From Oikopleura dioica (lineage: Eukaryota > Animalia > Chordata), in NCBI GenBank assembly GCA_907165135.1, contig OU015566.1, positions 6,014,001 to 6,078,000 on the forward strand: DNA of 64,000 nt, in the 5' to 3' direction. Within the stretch, counting starts at the first letter, position 1, and the number at the start of each line of letters is the position of its first letter. The notes under the pieces are model-generated. The model was not told where the DNA came from, searched no databases, and was given only the letters and a program-made list of their open reading frames with translations. Positions 49,879 through 60,082 of this stretch are shown piece after piece. The position numbers and the translations under genes were made by a program.

Positions 49879-52800
49879 TCAAAAAATTTGGTAAAAGAAG
49901 TTTCGGACTCTGTAGGCAGAAGCGGCGCCTACTTCCCAGTTGTCAGCCACGTATGCAGTCAGATTGCCTGTGCTTTTCGATCCGCTGGAGGCATAACTTC
50001 CCGACATGACGATGCTTCCGTCGACACTTGCAACGTAGTTGACTTGCCCGTTTCCAGCATCCGTGACTTCGATTGTGTAGGTGCTCCATTGACCGTCAAC
50101 GCAGGGGACATCCGTGTATATCTGATGAGCCCAAGTCGGAATATTGTCTGGATGGTTGATTGCAAAGTGAATCTGATGGCCACTCGGTTCTCGCAGGAGA
50201 AGAAAAGTTCGGTCGCCGGGTGCACCGTAATTGGGTCCCGCACCGAGCCGAAGAACGCTCGTGTATTCCGAGTTTGTAGGTGCGCTGTGGTCGCAGAAGA
50301 CCTCAGATGAGGCCTTGTAGCTCAAAGCAGCCGGCACGGTCGCGAGAAGATTATCTTGAGCAGGGGCGATGGCGCAGCTGTTGACAATATTAAAGCAGTT
50401 GACGAGTTCATCGCAAGGGTCGGAGCAAGAAGCGGTATCGACAAAGAAGAAATTTCGGACAAGGTAATCATAAGCCGCGTCAGCATGCCCATCAGAGACG
50501 TATGCTTTGAGAAAGCCGTTAGTCTTTGCCCCACTTATGTTGTAATTTCCTTGCATAACTATTTTTCGTTGATTTTCGCAAAAAATGACACGGCCGCTGA
50601 TCCGTTTTTTCTGACTTCGACAGAATAGGTGTTCCATTCGCCGTCGGTGCAATTGCTGTCGATAAATTGCTCGTGCTTCCAAGTCGGCTCAATGTTTGGA
50701 TGATTAATCGCAAAACGAATGTCGTCGCCTAGCGCTACCCGTGCAAGTAGAAAAATACGATCTCCAGGAGAACCATAATTGTTTTCTGTCCCAATCTTGA
50801 GAATGCCTTGTTCTTCGCTGCTCAGCCGCATTTTTTATTACAAAGAACTTCTGCAGATGCCTCGCAGCTTAAAACCGCCGGGAAAGAAGTGATTAGTGAG
50901 TTTCTTTCCGGCGCCATTCCACATCCGTCAACTATCTTGTAACAATTAGCTTTCTTCTCGCAAGGATCAATTCTGCACGGAGGGATAAGCTCCCTGTAGA
51001 AAAAGTTCTTCACGAGATAGGAAGATCCTGGCGAAGAAAAATTGTCCGAGAAAAAGCCCAAAAATCGACTCCTATTGGAGTATCCCGTGCAGAGTAGGAG
51101 CCCGTGAGAACTTCAGTGCCGTCGACTCTGACACTGTAAGATACTGTACCGTCTGAAAGTTCTAGCTGAACTACAGAGTATGTACTCCATTGAACTTCAG
51201 TGCATGTATAACTCGTGTCTCGCCAAAAGGGCGCATTTCTATTCTCGCTTGCATCGTTAACAGCGATCTGTAACGTATTCGGTTCGTTCGGTTTGCGCCA
51301 GATTGCAAACTGGCGATTTCCAATAGCACCTATTTCCATTCCGTCGCCGAAACGGATGATATTTTTCCAGTCATTGTCGACACCCATAGAAGAATCACAG
51401 AGAATGTCGACCGAGACTGAGTAGCTTTTTGACGAAGTTATTGGACCAGAGTAAGCGTTCGTTGTTGGAGCAATCGGGGAATCATCGACAAAAATGGTGC
51501 AATCCGCCGTCGAATTGCATTGGCTGATGTCAAAATGCGGTAGAGTTGATTGCTCAAGTGCTTCTTCTGTTGATGGTTCTGTTGCTTTGTCCGGATTTGT
51601 TGACGTTTCAGACTTAAAACTACAAGAGTTCAGGGAGTAATAAAAACAATCGGAAAGTAGGCAGAACGGATTTGTTCGGCAACGATGCTCTTAGAGATAA
51701 TCTCTTCCTCATTATCTTCTCTCAGTTTTCACAGGATCAAATACAAAGAATAATTCATCTGATATTAAATTTCTTATAAGAAATATTTATGTGAAATCTT
51801 CTCCTAATCAGAGTTCGAAATTCCCGCGAACTTTTGCGGGTGCGGGGGGGAGCGGGAACTATGACTGAAATTTTTCGCGGGGGCGGGGGAGCGGGAGCAC
51901 GGTCGAAAATTTTTCGCGGGAGCGGGGGAGCGGGAGCAAGTCCAAAAATTTTGCGCGGGAGCGGGGGCGGGGAGGAGGTCTAAAAATTTTGCGCGGGAGA
52001 GGGCGGCGCGGGAAAAAGGCCTGAAAATTTGCGCGGGAGCGGGGGCCGCGGGAAGGATTCCCGCTCTCTTTTGCTCCCGCGGGAGCCCGCGGGAAAGAAA
52101 AATCAACAGTAGGGCTGGTTTAAAAAGGTCTTCACTAAGGAAGAAGCCTGAGTCAGGCCCCTTAGATAATTCGACAATTGAGAAATAAAATTGAAAAAAA
52201 TAAATGAAAACCATAACAAAGCTTAGAGCATGAACAATATTAATTTCACATTGAAGCCCCGTCAAGCCCCTTAAATTTAAAAACCAAGGAACGGGGCTGA
52301 AACGGCCCGAAGGGCCGTCAAGCCCCTTAAATTTAAAAACCAAGGAACGGGGCTGAAACGGCCCGAAGGGCCGTCAAGCCCCTTAAATTTAAAAACCAAG
52401 GAACGGGGCTGAAACGGCCCGAAGGGCCGTCAAGCCCCTTAAATTTAAAAACCAAGGAACGGGGCTGAAACGGCCCGAAGGGCCGTCAAGCCCCTTAAAT
52501 TTAAAAACCAAGGAACGGGGCTGAAACGGCCCGAAGGGCCGTCAAGCCCCTTAAATTTAAAAACCAAGGAACGGGGCTGAAACGGCCCGAAGGGCCGTCA
52601 AGCCCCTTAAATTTAAAAACCAAGGAACGGGGCTGAAACGGCCCGAAGGGCCGTCAAGCCCCTTAAATTTAAAAACCAAGGAACGGGGCTGAAACGGCCC
52701 GAAGGGCCGTCAAGCCCCTAAAATTTAAAAACCAAGGAACGGGGCTGAAACGGCCCGAAAGGGCCGTCAAGCCCCTTAAATTTAAAAACCAAGGAACGGG

Positions 52801-54790
52801 GCTGAAACGGCCCGAAGGGCCGTCAAGCCCCTTAAATTTAAAAACCAAGGAACGGGGCTGAAACGGCCCGAAAGGCCGTCAAGCCCCTTAAATTTAAAAA
52901 CCAAGGAACGGGGCTGAAACGGCCCGAAGGGCCGTCAAGCCCCTTAAATTTAAAAACCAAGGAACGGGGCTGAAACGGCCGGAAGGGCCGTCAAGCCCCT
53001 AAAATTTAAAAACCAAGGAACGGGGCTGAAACGGCCCGAAAGGGCCGTCAAGCCCCTTAAATTTAAAACCATCTTCCCCGCTGCTCCCGCAGCCCCGCGG
53101 GAGCATTTTTGAGTTTTCGCGGCGCGGGAAGGGGCGGGAAGAAGGCGGGAAAGAATAATTTACGGCGGGAGCGGGGGAGGGGGAAAGATCAAGAGAAAAT
53201 CTCGAGGGAGCGGGGGAGGGGGAAAGAATATCCAAATATCTTGGGGGAGCGGGGGCGCGGGAGAAATTTTGCTCCCCCGCTCCCGCGGGGCTCGCGGGAG
53301 CTTGCGGCGCGGGAAATTTCGAACTCTGCTCCTAATTCTATTCTTTGTATACTCGGTTCCAAATTATACTCTCCAGCTGTTCTGTAGCCAGGAAAAACGA
53401 AAATGCTGGAATCGACGAGAATCGCCGACGACTCCGAGACCGGCTTAAATAATCCCTTTTAGAGAATGAGGAAAAGATTTGAAAACAAACCACAAGGAGA
53501 CGGTCAATAAATGACCAAGACGAATCTTTCAGTCTCCATATTTGCTGTCCTTCGATTCCCTCTCCTAGAGAAAAATTTATGATTTACCGGTCAGATTTGG
53601 CAACAAAGGTCTTTTTTCTCTTTTTAGCTCGTAAGGGGTGATGGTCGAGAATTAAGATTTTTTCAACCTTAAAACTCGATTTAAAAATAATTTTTTTGTT
53701 CTCAATCTTAATAAGTAATGATTTATTACAGATAAAGGGTTGGAATAGTATTGGCGGCTTGGTTTTAGAGAAAAATATTAGAGAAATTTAAAGGGAAAAA
53801 TGACAAAATCGAGCGTCAAAGTCGACCTAAAATCGCGTTTTGAGCTATTTTTAAGTCGACATTTTTCGATTTTTGGTCATTTTTGGTCTTTTTAATTCAA
53901 TTTTTGGAAAAATACAAACCTCTTCCTCCAAAAGTCAGCAACGCGCCAGATGGGAGATTCAAGAGTGAAAAAAGAACAAGAAAACTGAACAAACATTTCA
54001 GTCAATTGCCTCCTAAATGAGATCACCTGTTTGGATGACTTGAAAGATATTCCCAGTTGGAATTTCTCAATGTTTCCACCGTATTAGTCCCTTCTCCTGC
54101 AACGGCTGTTGGATAACCTAGGTAGAGACCAAGCCCACCGCTTCGGTGCGACGTCCCTAATTGAGGTATAAATGAAAGAGTGATGCCATCGAATTTTTCG
54201 CAAAATTGAGAATAAAGCAAATCAAAGCAAATCAACGCTAAAATTTCTTTATATTTTTCTTTCTTTTATAATGATGAATAACCATACTCCCCGTCAATAG
54301 CGGCTATTGCGGCACTTTCTTTGCCGTAATCATTTCTAAGTCGAAGTTGTAGAGTTGTAAATGAGCATTCCTCGAGTCGGCCAATCTAAAATAAATTTTC
54401 CCAAAAGAAATTCACTTTTACTACCTGTTTGGAATTGAAACTTCCCCGAAAATGTAAAGTTCATTTCTAATAACCGCATACCTCGAGTTCATTGTATAAA
54501 CCGAGAGAAAATTTCTTTTGGCTGTTTTTTCATCTTTTGGAGCATTGATTATCAAACTCATATCAATTATCGATCCGTCTCCTTCAGGAGAGATGAAAAA
54601 TTTAAAATGCATAAATCATTAGTCGTAATAAACAAAGAGAAAAATGTCAAATAAAATTCTACCTCTTGCCTAAAAATGCATACGCCTGCTGATGATATTC
54701 ATCTCCCGGAAGAATAACAAGTATTCGCTTTGATATATCCAATGAATGCACAAAATTCTTGAGTTCGTCTTTGCGATATAAGGGATTTTA
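49879..54790 (-). CDS. Kelch-like beta-propeller region fused to three ConA/LamG-like domains; five homopolymer frameshifts; hAT element in one intron; 5' end not located
   Basis: Exons ELYIFG / ICFD...GLGLYLGYPTAVAG...VETL / GALLTFGG / QIWRLKDSSW / SIQRIEL-D-NEEEII; T/E linker; three repeats C..DPC..C....AP..N...G.PG.R.F...V.NFFY. Confidence 0.65.
51809..53328. mobile_element. 1,520-bp non-autonomous hAT element with G-rich subterminal repeats and internal satellite
   Basis: 8-bp TSD ctcctaat (51801-51808, 53329-53336); TIR cagagttcgaaattcccgcg / cgcgggaaatttcgaactctg; no transposase ORF. Confidence 0.93.
52253..53069. repeat. 56-bp tandem repeat, 14 full units plus partials
   Basis: Unit ccttaaatttaaaaaccaaggaacggggctgaaacggcccgaagggccgtcaagcc; period 56 (for example 52321 to 52377). 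Confidence 0.98.
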
Positions 54791-54876
54791 TGGAAAAAGT
54801 CAAAAAAGGGTTTGATGAATAGCTGCTCCTTTTATCTGTAGATTTTGTTCTACCTATTTTTCAAATCGACTTTTAA

Positions 54877-54964
54877 GGGTGTCAGGAGCCTCCCGGCCCT
54901 CCGAGCCCCCCTGGCTAAAACGCGGCCTGGGACCCGGGCTTTCATTTGCTATAGTTTGACACCC
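54877..54964. mobile_element. 88-bp TTAA-flanked MITE (Kolobok-like ends)
   Basis: ttaa|gggtgtca ... tgacaccc|ttaa. Confidence 0.75.
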
Positions 54965-55055
54965 TTAATTAGTACTCTAACACCCTTAAAACCGTCTTGC
55001 AAAATAAGTCAAGAAAAAAATCAACAGATAATAGGAGTTGCCTTGATGAACTGAT

Positions 55056-55340
55056 CAGGGTTCTAAACGGGCATGTCCGTGTACGGATTTTATCCGCGTC
55101 TGTCCGGTCTTGTCCGTACGGACAGACTAGACTTTCTGTCTTTTGGTCGACTAAAAAACAGATAGGCTAAACGGTTTAGCCTAAACCGGACTTTTGTCAC
55201 GATCCGGACAAAATCCGTATTTGTCCATGAAATCTGGACAACTCCAGACTTTTGTCCGTAGCTGTAAAATCCGGGCAGAATCCGAAAAAATCCGTAAAAA
55301 AGGACAATTGGAATTCGAATTCGTGTTAAAATAGCCTGAA
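55056..55340. repeat. Degenerate fold-back element rich in tgtccg/cggaca motifs
   Basis: Repeated tgtccgt, cggaca, aaatccg motifs in both orientations; no clear TSD. Confidence 0.45.
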
Positions 55341-55726
55341 CCAAAGTTCAGCAATTTTGTGAACCTTGTTCACAATTTCCGTAAAAAAAGTGACTCAAAT
55401 TGACTGACAATTGTGAACCTGGGCGCCCTACACCCGCCGTGGGAACCCCATCACGGTTAGGTTCTCAAGAATTTTCGAGTCGTCTAGCAGCTAAACTCGA
55501 CAGAGCAGATAATTCCCAGATAAAAATTCGTACGAAAAAAATTACACTTAATTGATGTCGAACATGAATTTTATGCTATATATGTCTTATTTATGCTTTT
55601 TTATTCTATGCTAATTAATTGATTAAATCCCAAGCAATGCTGTTTGAAAACACGAACTCGTTTGTCTGGCTGATCATTAATTAATAATTCTTTCGCTTCG
55701 CTTTTTTCAATATCGTTCTTATGGCG

Positions 55727-56029
55727 TTAGACCATCGTTTTAGAGAAAAAATTAAATGAAATGGAAGAACTTTCCTTAATAACTTCTAAGCTTGTATAAT
55801 TTGACTGGTGATTTGTTGTCAGCACAAATTCAAATTTCGTGTATGTCATATTTGATACAAGAGCGGAAATGCTGTCTTCCATATAGTCCGATTGAATATG
55901 AAGATAATTTTCGCGTGAAAGAACGAGAGCCAAGAAGGATTTTCCATTAGGAAACCTGAGATCAAGAAGTTTTCTTTCTTCATTTTCCTCGTCAGTCAAC
56001 TGAATATGAAGATGAATACATTGTGACAT
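55727..56029 (-). CDS. Possible terminal exon of an uncharacterised gene
   Basis: 100-aa ORF without a recognisable motif. Confidence 0.25.
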   Translation of the reverse strand: MSQCIHLHIQLTDEENEERKLLDLRFPNGKSFLALVLSRENYLHIQSDYMEDSISALVSNMTYTKFEFVLTTNHQSNYTSLEVIKESSSISFNFFSKTMV

Positions 56030-56185
56030 ACGCTATCCCAAAGTTAACTGGATAAACGTAAGCAAAAATCTCAATTATCCAGGATAGTCTTTGGCAAGAG
56101 GGCCCCTTAATTCAGATTTTTGCCGAGGATTATCCTGTTTATAAGGGGGCTTTCTATGTAACAAAGCCTATGTTACATAGGTTAA

Positions 56186-56845
56186 GGGGGTGGTGGTCGA
56201 GACTAAGACTTTTTTCAACCTAAAAAACTCCGATTTTTTCAAAAAAATTTTTTTTTCTCTAATTGAAAATAAGTCAAAAAGGGTCCAATTTATGTGGGCG
56301 GCTATGTTTGAAAAAAATATTCTTTCGAAAAAATGATGAAAAATTTCTTCAAAGTCGACCCATCTCTTGACCTAAAAAACTCGATCCCCTTATTATTTTT
56401 TCGAAATTAAACTTACCGAGAGGAAAGTTTAGACCCTTTAGCATGTGGGCGGCTTAGTTTTAAAAAGTTCACCTTGTTAGAAAAGAAAATAGTAATTGAA
56501 TGAAAACATGTTGTTTTCTGAAAAATCGTCATTATCACTCATTTTTCAATGAAATTTTCGTAAACATCACAATAATCGTATTTTTTTAGATTTTTATTAT
56601 TGAAATATGATCAAGAAACATAACTTCGCGATAAAAAAACGATTCTAAATCGGTTTTAGTGAGACAAACGCGTTTCAATACTCTCGAAACTGGCGATTTC
56701 ATAGCATAAAATCGAAAATTTTCTTAAATAAAGTTGGTCCAATTAAGAAAAGCTAGAGACCAAAAATGCTTATTTTTTAACAAGGAATCTAAAAATTATA
56801 TAAAAATTTAAAAAAGTCGAAAAAAATTTCTCGACCACCACCCCC
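56186..56845. mobile_element. 660-bp TTAA-target (Kolobok-like) element, same subfamily as 1212-1871, opposite orientation
   Basis: TTAA at 56182-56185 and 56846-56849; TIR gggggtggtggtcgaga / tctcgaccaccaccccc. Confidence 0.88.
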
Positions 56846-56864
56846 TTAACCTTACCACGCCAAT

Positions 56865-57495
56865 TGTGTCATATATGACACCAAGAGTTTCAAATGCCCG
56901 ATACTCATTTGTAACACGGTCTGAGAATTTCACTGACCCCCCTTTATGCCCCTACTTTTCGCTAAGCTTTCACGTGGAATCAACTTAATGGGCGCTGCTT
57001 CGCTACAAATGCATGAGAATAGCGAATTTCGCTTCGCTACTAGTGTGTCGTATATGACACACGAATGCATTGAAAATGTGTCATATATGACACATTGTCG
57101 TCGGTAGGACTTTTTTCCACCGGAGAAGAAATTGAATTTTTGGGTTGTGGGTCGGGTTTGGGTATCTGTCTTGGTCTAAGTTCCGTCCCAGATTCTGATT
57201 TGGGCTCGAGCTCGTATTTAGACCGGAGTTCGGCCTATAAAATGGCCTCTAGAAGGCGGTAGAGGCGATGTGTCATATACGACACATTGTCGTCGGTAGG
57301 ATATATTCCGCCGGCAAAATTATACATTTTTCGGGGATTTTGGTTCGAGTTCGGATTAGAGTTGAAGCTTGAATTTTGTTCCAGACTCTAATTTTGGTTC
57401 CAATGTGGCATAATGCCCTGCTTTGGCCTCTATAATCGCCTCTAGAGGGCAGTTAAGGCAATGTGTCATATACGACACATTGTCGTCGTAGGGGG
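56865..57495. repeat. Degenerate ~192-bp tandem repeat built on the palindrome TGTGTCATATATGACACA
   Basis: Copies at 56865, 57044, 57077, 57269, 57462; the last three are followed by ttgtcgtcg(g)tagg. Confidence 0.8.
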
Positions 57496-58763
57496 AAATT
57501 CTCGTTTGTCGTCGTAAGGTTAAGCAACAGTCTAACGGTATGTATCTAACCGTTAAGTTTAACTGCATCGCAATATTTTCGGTTCCGCTCAACTTCAGCT
57601 CAAAAGTTGAAATATGCTCAAAATATTCAAGCGCCGAAAATGAATAGTCTGGAATAATTGTTGTTGGATAAGGAAGATAAACTGAACTGGCAGATTTAGG
57701 GTAAGGCTGCTGTTCAAAGAGATTCTTCGCAAACGCTGGGAAGACATCATCATGAAACGCAAAGAAAGGATTGCTCGTTACATGCATCAGGCTCTTTGGT
57801 TGCATTTGAGAAAATTCGAGTTCGATTTGTTCTTTCAGTTGGATTATCATATTCCACTAATTTGCTGATTTTATAAAAAAAGGTGAAGTTAAGAAAAAAA
57901 GAAAATCGAAAGTCAATATCCGCTCCAAAGTTAAACTCGATTTCGAAGACTGTACTGAAAACATAGTTCTGAATGAAAAATCTATCGTTTATCGCGATTC
58001 CATTTCCAAAGTATTCGCACTCATCGTTGTTAGTTCCAAAGACATTTGTAAAAAAAGGATCGTCCGGGGCGAACAAGCCAGAATAACAAGCTGGCGGTTT
58101 ATCATATTTGACAAGGGAGCCTATCCATTCATGACCGATTAGGAAGAGTTTTCCTTCCCTCTCCATTATAAATGAATACTGGGTATTCGACAGGCTGCTG
58201 CTTCTCGTTGTAAGAATAATGACCATCCTGCCTAAGTCAATCTTCATTGGGTTGAACAATATAAAGACCTTTTCCGTTCTTTTCTCAAAAACAAATGGTT
58301 TCAACCCTATTCAATGGAATTAAATGAACTGGATCGAGATCTCTGAATTCAGCAGGAAGCGCAAGCTCGTCTTTCTTCCATCCTAGCTCCAATTCCTCGC
58401 TCTTTCGTATACGATTGAGCGCTCGAGTCGTCGAGAGTTTGATCCAGAACTCACCAAGTCTAATACTCATCAGTTTAAAGACTCCGTTCAAGCTAATCGA
58501 TGACATTTTCGCGTTAACATGGTTGCTTGCTATAAAACCCTGTGCCTCTTCGAAACGGCCTAAATTGTAATCTGGGGCGTAGTAAAAGCACTTATCAGTT
58601 CGAGCAGAAGGAGAACTTTTTGGGGTCTTTCGGAAGTTTTAAAAAGAAAATCTTTTTCGGACCCTTTTTCAAATGACGACGATGGGAAACACTTTTCTAC
58701 CAAGGTCCTTTCGTCGAATTTCGATTTGATGAGTGCCGATTGACGAGCCAAAATGAAAAACAA
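57356..58763 (-). CDS. Uncharacterised multi-exon or frameshifted gene
   Basis: Chained ORFs 58560-58763, 58285-58506, 57750-58304, 57356-57850 with protein-like composition; no family recognised. Confidence 0.35.
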
Positions 58764-58829
58764 AGAATCCTCTTATTGATAAGGTTAAGATGGTTAAAGG
58801 CAGAGTTGCAAATTTTTGAAAATTTTTTT

Positions 58830-59095
58830 TTGAGCTGAGCTAGCTGAGCTGAGTACGAAATTGAGCTGAGTTTAGCTGAGCTGACCTCTTTGAAAAACCG
58901 CTGAGCTGAGCTGAGCTGTATTTAAAAAAAATGAGCTGAGCTGGGGCTTATCTGAAAATTTTTGAGCTGAGCCGACAATTTTTTCGAGCTGAGCTAGCTG
59001 AACTGAGCTGGGGTGCGCGTCTTTTCTGGCATTTTTGAGAAATGCGTCTTTTCTGGCATCGCGTTCTTTCTGGCAGTCGCGTCTTTTCTGGCACT
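58830..59095. repeat. (GAGCT)n and (gcgtcttttctggca)x4 simple repeats, probable MITE remnants
   Basis: Many gagctgagct units at 58830-59010; four gcgtcttttctggca-like units at 59016-59092; preceded by cagagttg (hAT-like end) at 58801. Confidence 0.65.
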
Positions 59096-59297
59096 GGAGT
59101 CTGACTCATTTTACTCTGATACTAAGTAGGGTATACCAAGTCTAATAAGCTGATATGAATAGCATAAAATCTTTACCTTTAATAGCAACTTGCCACAGGC
59201 AAAACTTTTTTATTTGATATAAAAATTTTTATCATCAAAGAAAATAGTGCTGATAATTTACATAATCTTAAAGATTTTCAGCATTTATTATGATGAT

Positions 59298-59531
59298 TGT
59301 GAGGTCTAAGTGCTTAAGTCGGTTAGAGATCTGATCTGGATCTCGCGCCGCGCTCTTCTCTGCCACTTTTACGTTCACTGCTTCAGTCCGCGCACAGTAA
59401 AAGTGCAGAATACACGCTTTCTCGGAAACTACTTTCCTTGTGTTTTTATTGAAGATACAACAGAGGCTACGACTAGCTGCAAGAGAACCGTCTAGTATAG
59501 AGAGCACTACAGCAGTACTTAGACGCTTACA
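59298..59531 (+). repeat. 5' LTR (234 bp, TG...CA)
   Basis: Starts tgtgaggtctaagtgct, ends agtacttagacgcttaca (long terminal inverted repeat), followed 2 nt later by tggtgac. Partner LTR not in window. Confidence 0.8.
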
Positions 59532-59533
59532 TC

Positions 59534-59543
59534 TGGTGACAAT
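59534..59543 (+). promoter_or_regulatory. Primer-binding site, tentatively tRNA-Trp
   Basis: TGGTGAC matches the complement of a eukaryotic tRNA-Trp 3' end (GUCACCA) over only 7 nt. Confidence 0.55.
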
Positions 59544-60082
59544 ACGCTAGGCTTCTTTCTTCACTGGACTCTTCCGAACCCACCGTTCGCCCTCATCACC
59601 GGCACTTCCCGCTGCAAAGCTAGAAGTGTTATTAAACTTGGTTCGACCACTCGCCAAGTCGATCGAGCGATCTTCCGCCGTTCCCGTGTTCGATAAACCG
59701 CTGGAGCTCGTGAATCAAGTCGCGTCCGCGCGCCGCACAGTAACCCTTCTGTGCGCACTAACGAGGTCAGTCAAAGTTGTCAAACCCTAACTGCCGCATT
59801 TATCGCCGCAACACCGTGGAACTCGTCTCCGACCGCGCCTGAATTGCTCATTTTTTTCGCCGCCGGCCACCTGGAACACACACACTACGTGAAAAAGTCG
59901 CCACGTGCGCCGCTCAAGGAAAACTCCAGTTACTTGAGCGCTCCGTAAAGGTACAATTTCTTCGTTGTGAACCCTTTACCGCAAATTCCGTTACGCCGCG
60001 CCGCCGATTTTGATCAGTCCCGCCAACGAAACCCCGCGAACTTCGCCGATCCATATCTCCAACGACATCTCGGCCCGCCAAA

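Noticed and set aside
52271-52326. Hammerhead ribozyme satellite (CTGA...GGCC-GAA(A)-GGCC resembles stem II)
   Set aside because: The catalytic core is absent: CUGAAAC instead of CUGANGA, and GUCA instead of GAAA after the stem; the reverse strand also fails.
52253-53069. CRISPR array (hairpin-containing periodic repeat)
   Set aside because: The whole 56-bp unit repeats with no unique spacers, there are no cas genes, and the context is eukaryotic inside a hAT element.
51804-53387. ORFs 51804-52343, 52999-53235 and 53109-53387 as hAT transposase or cargo genes
   Set aside because: They are translations of G-rich repeats and the satellite; no DDE or BED-finger motifs.
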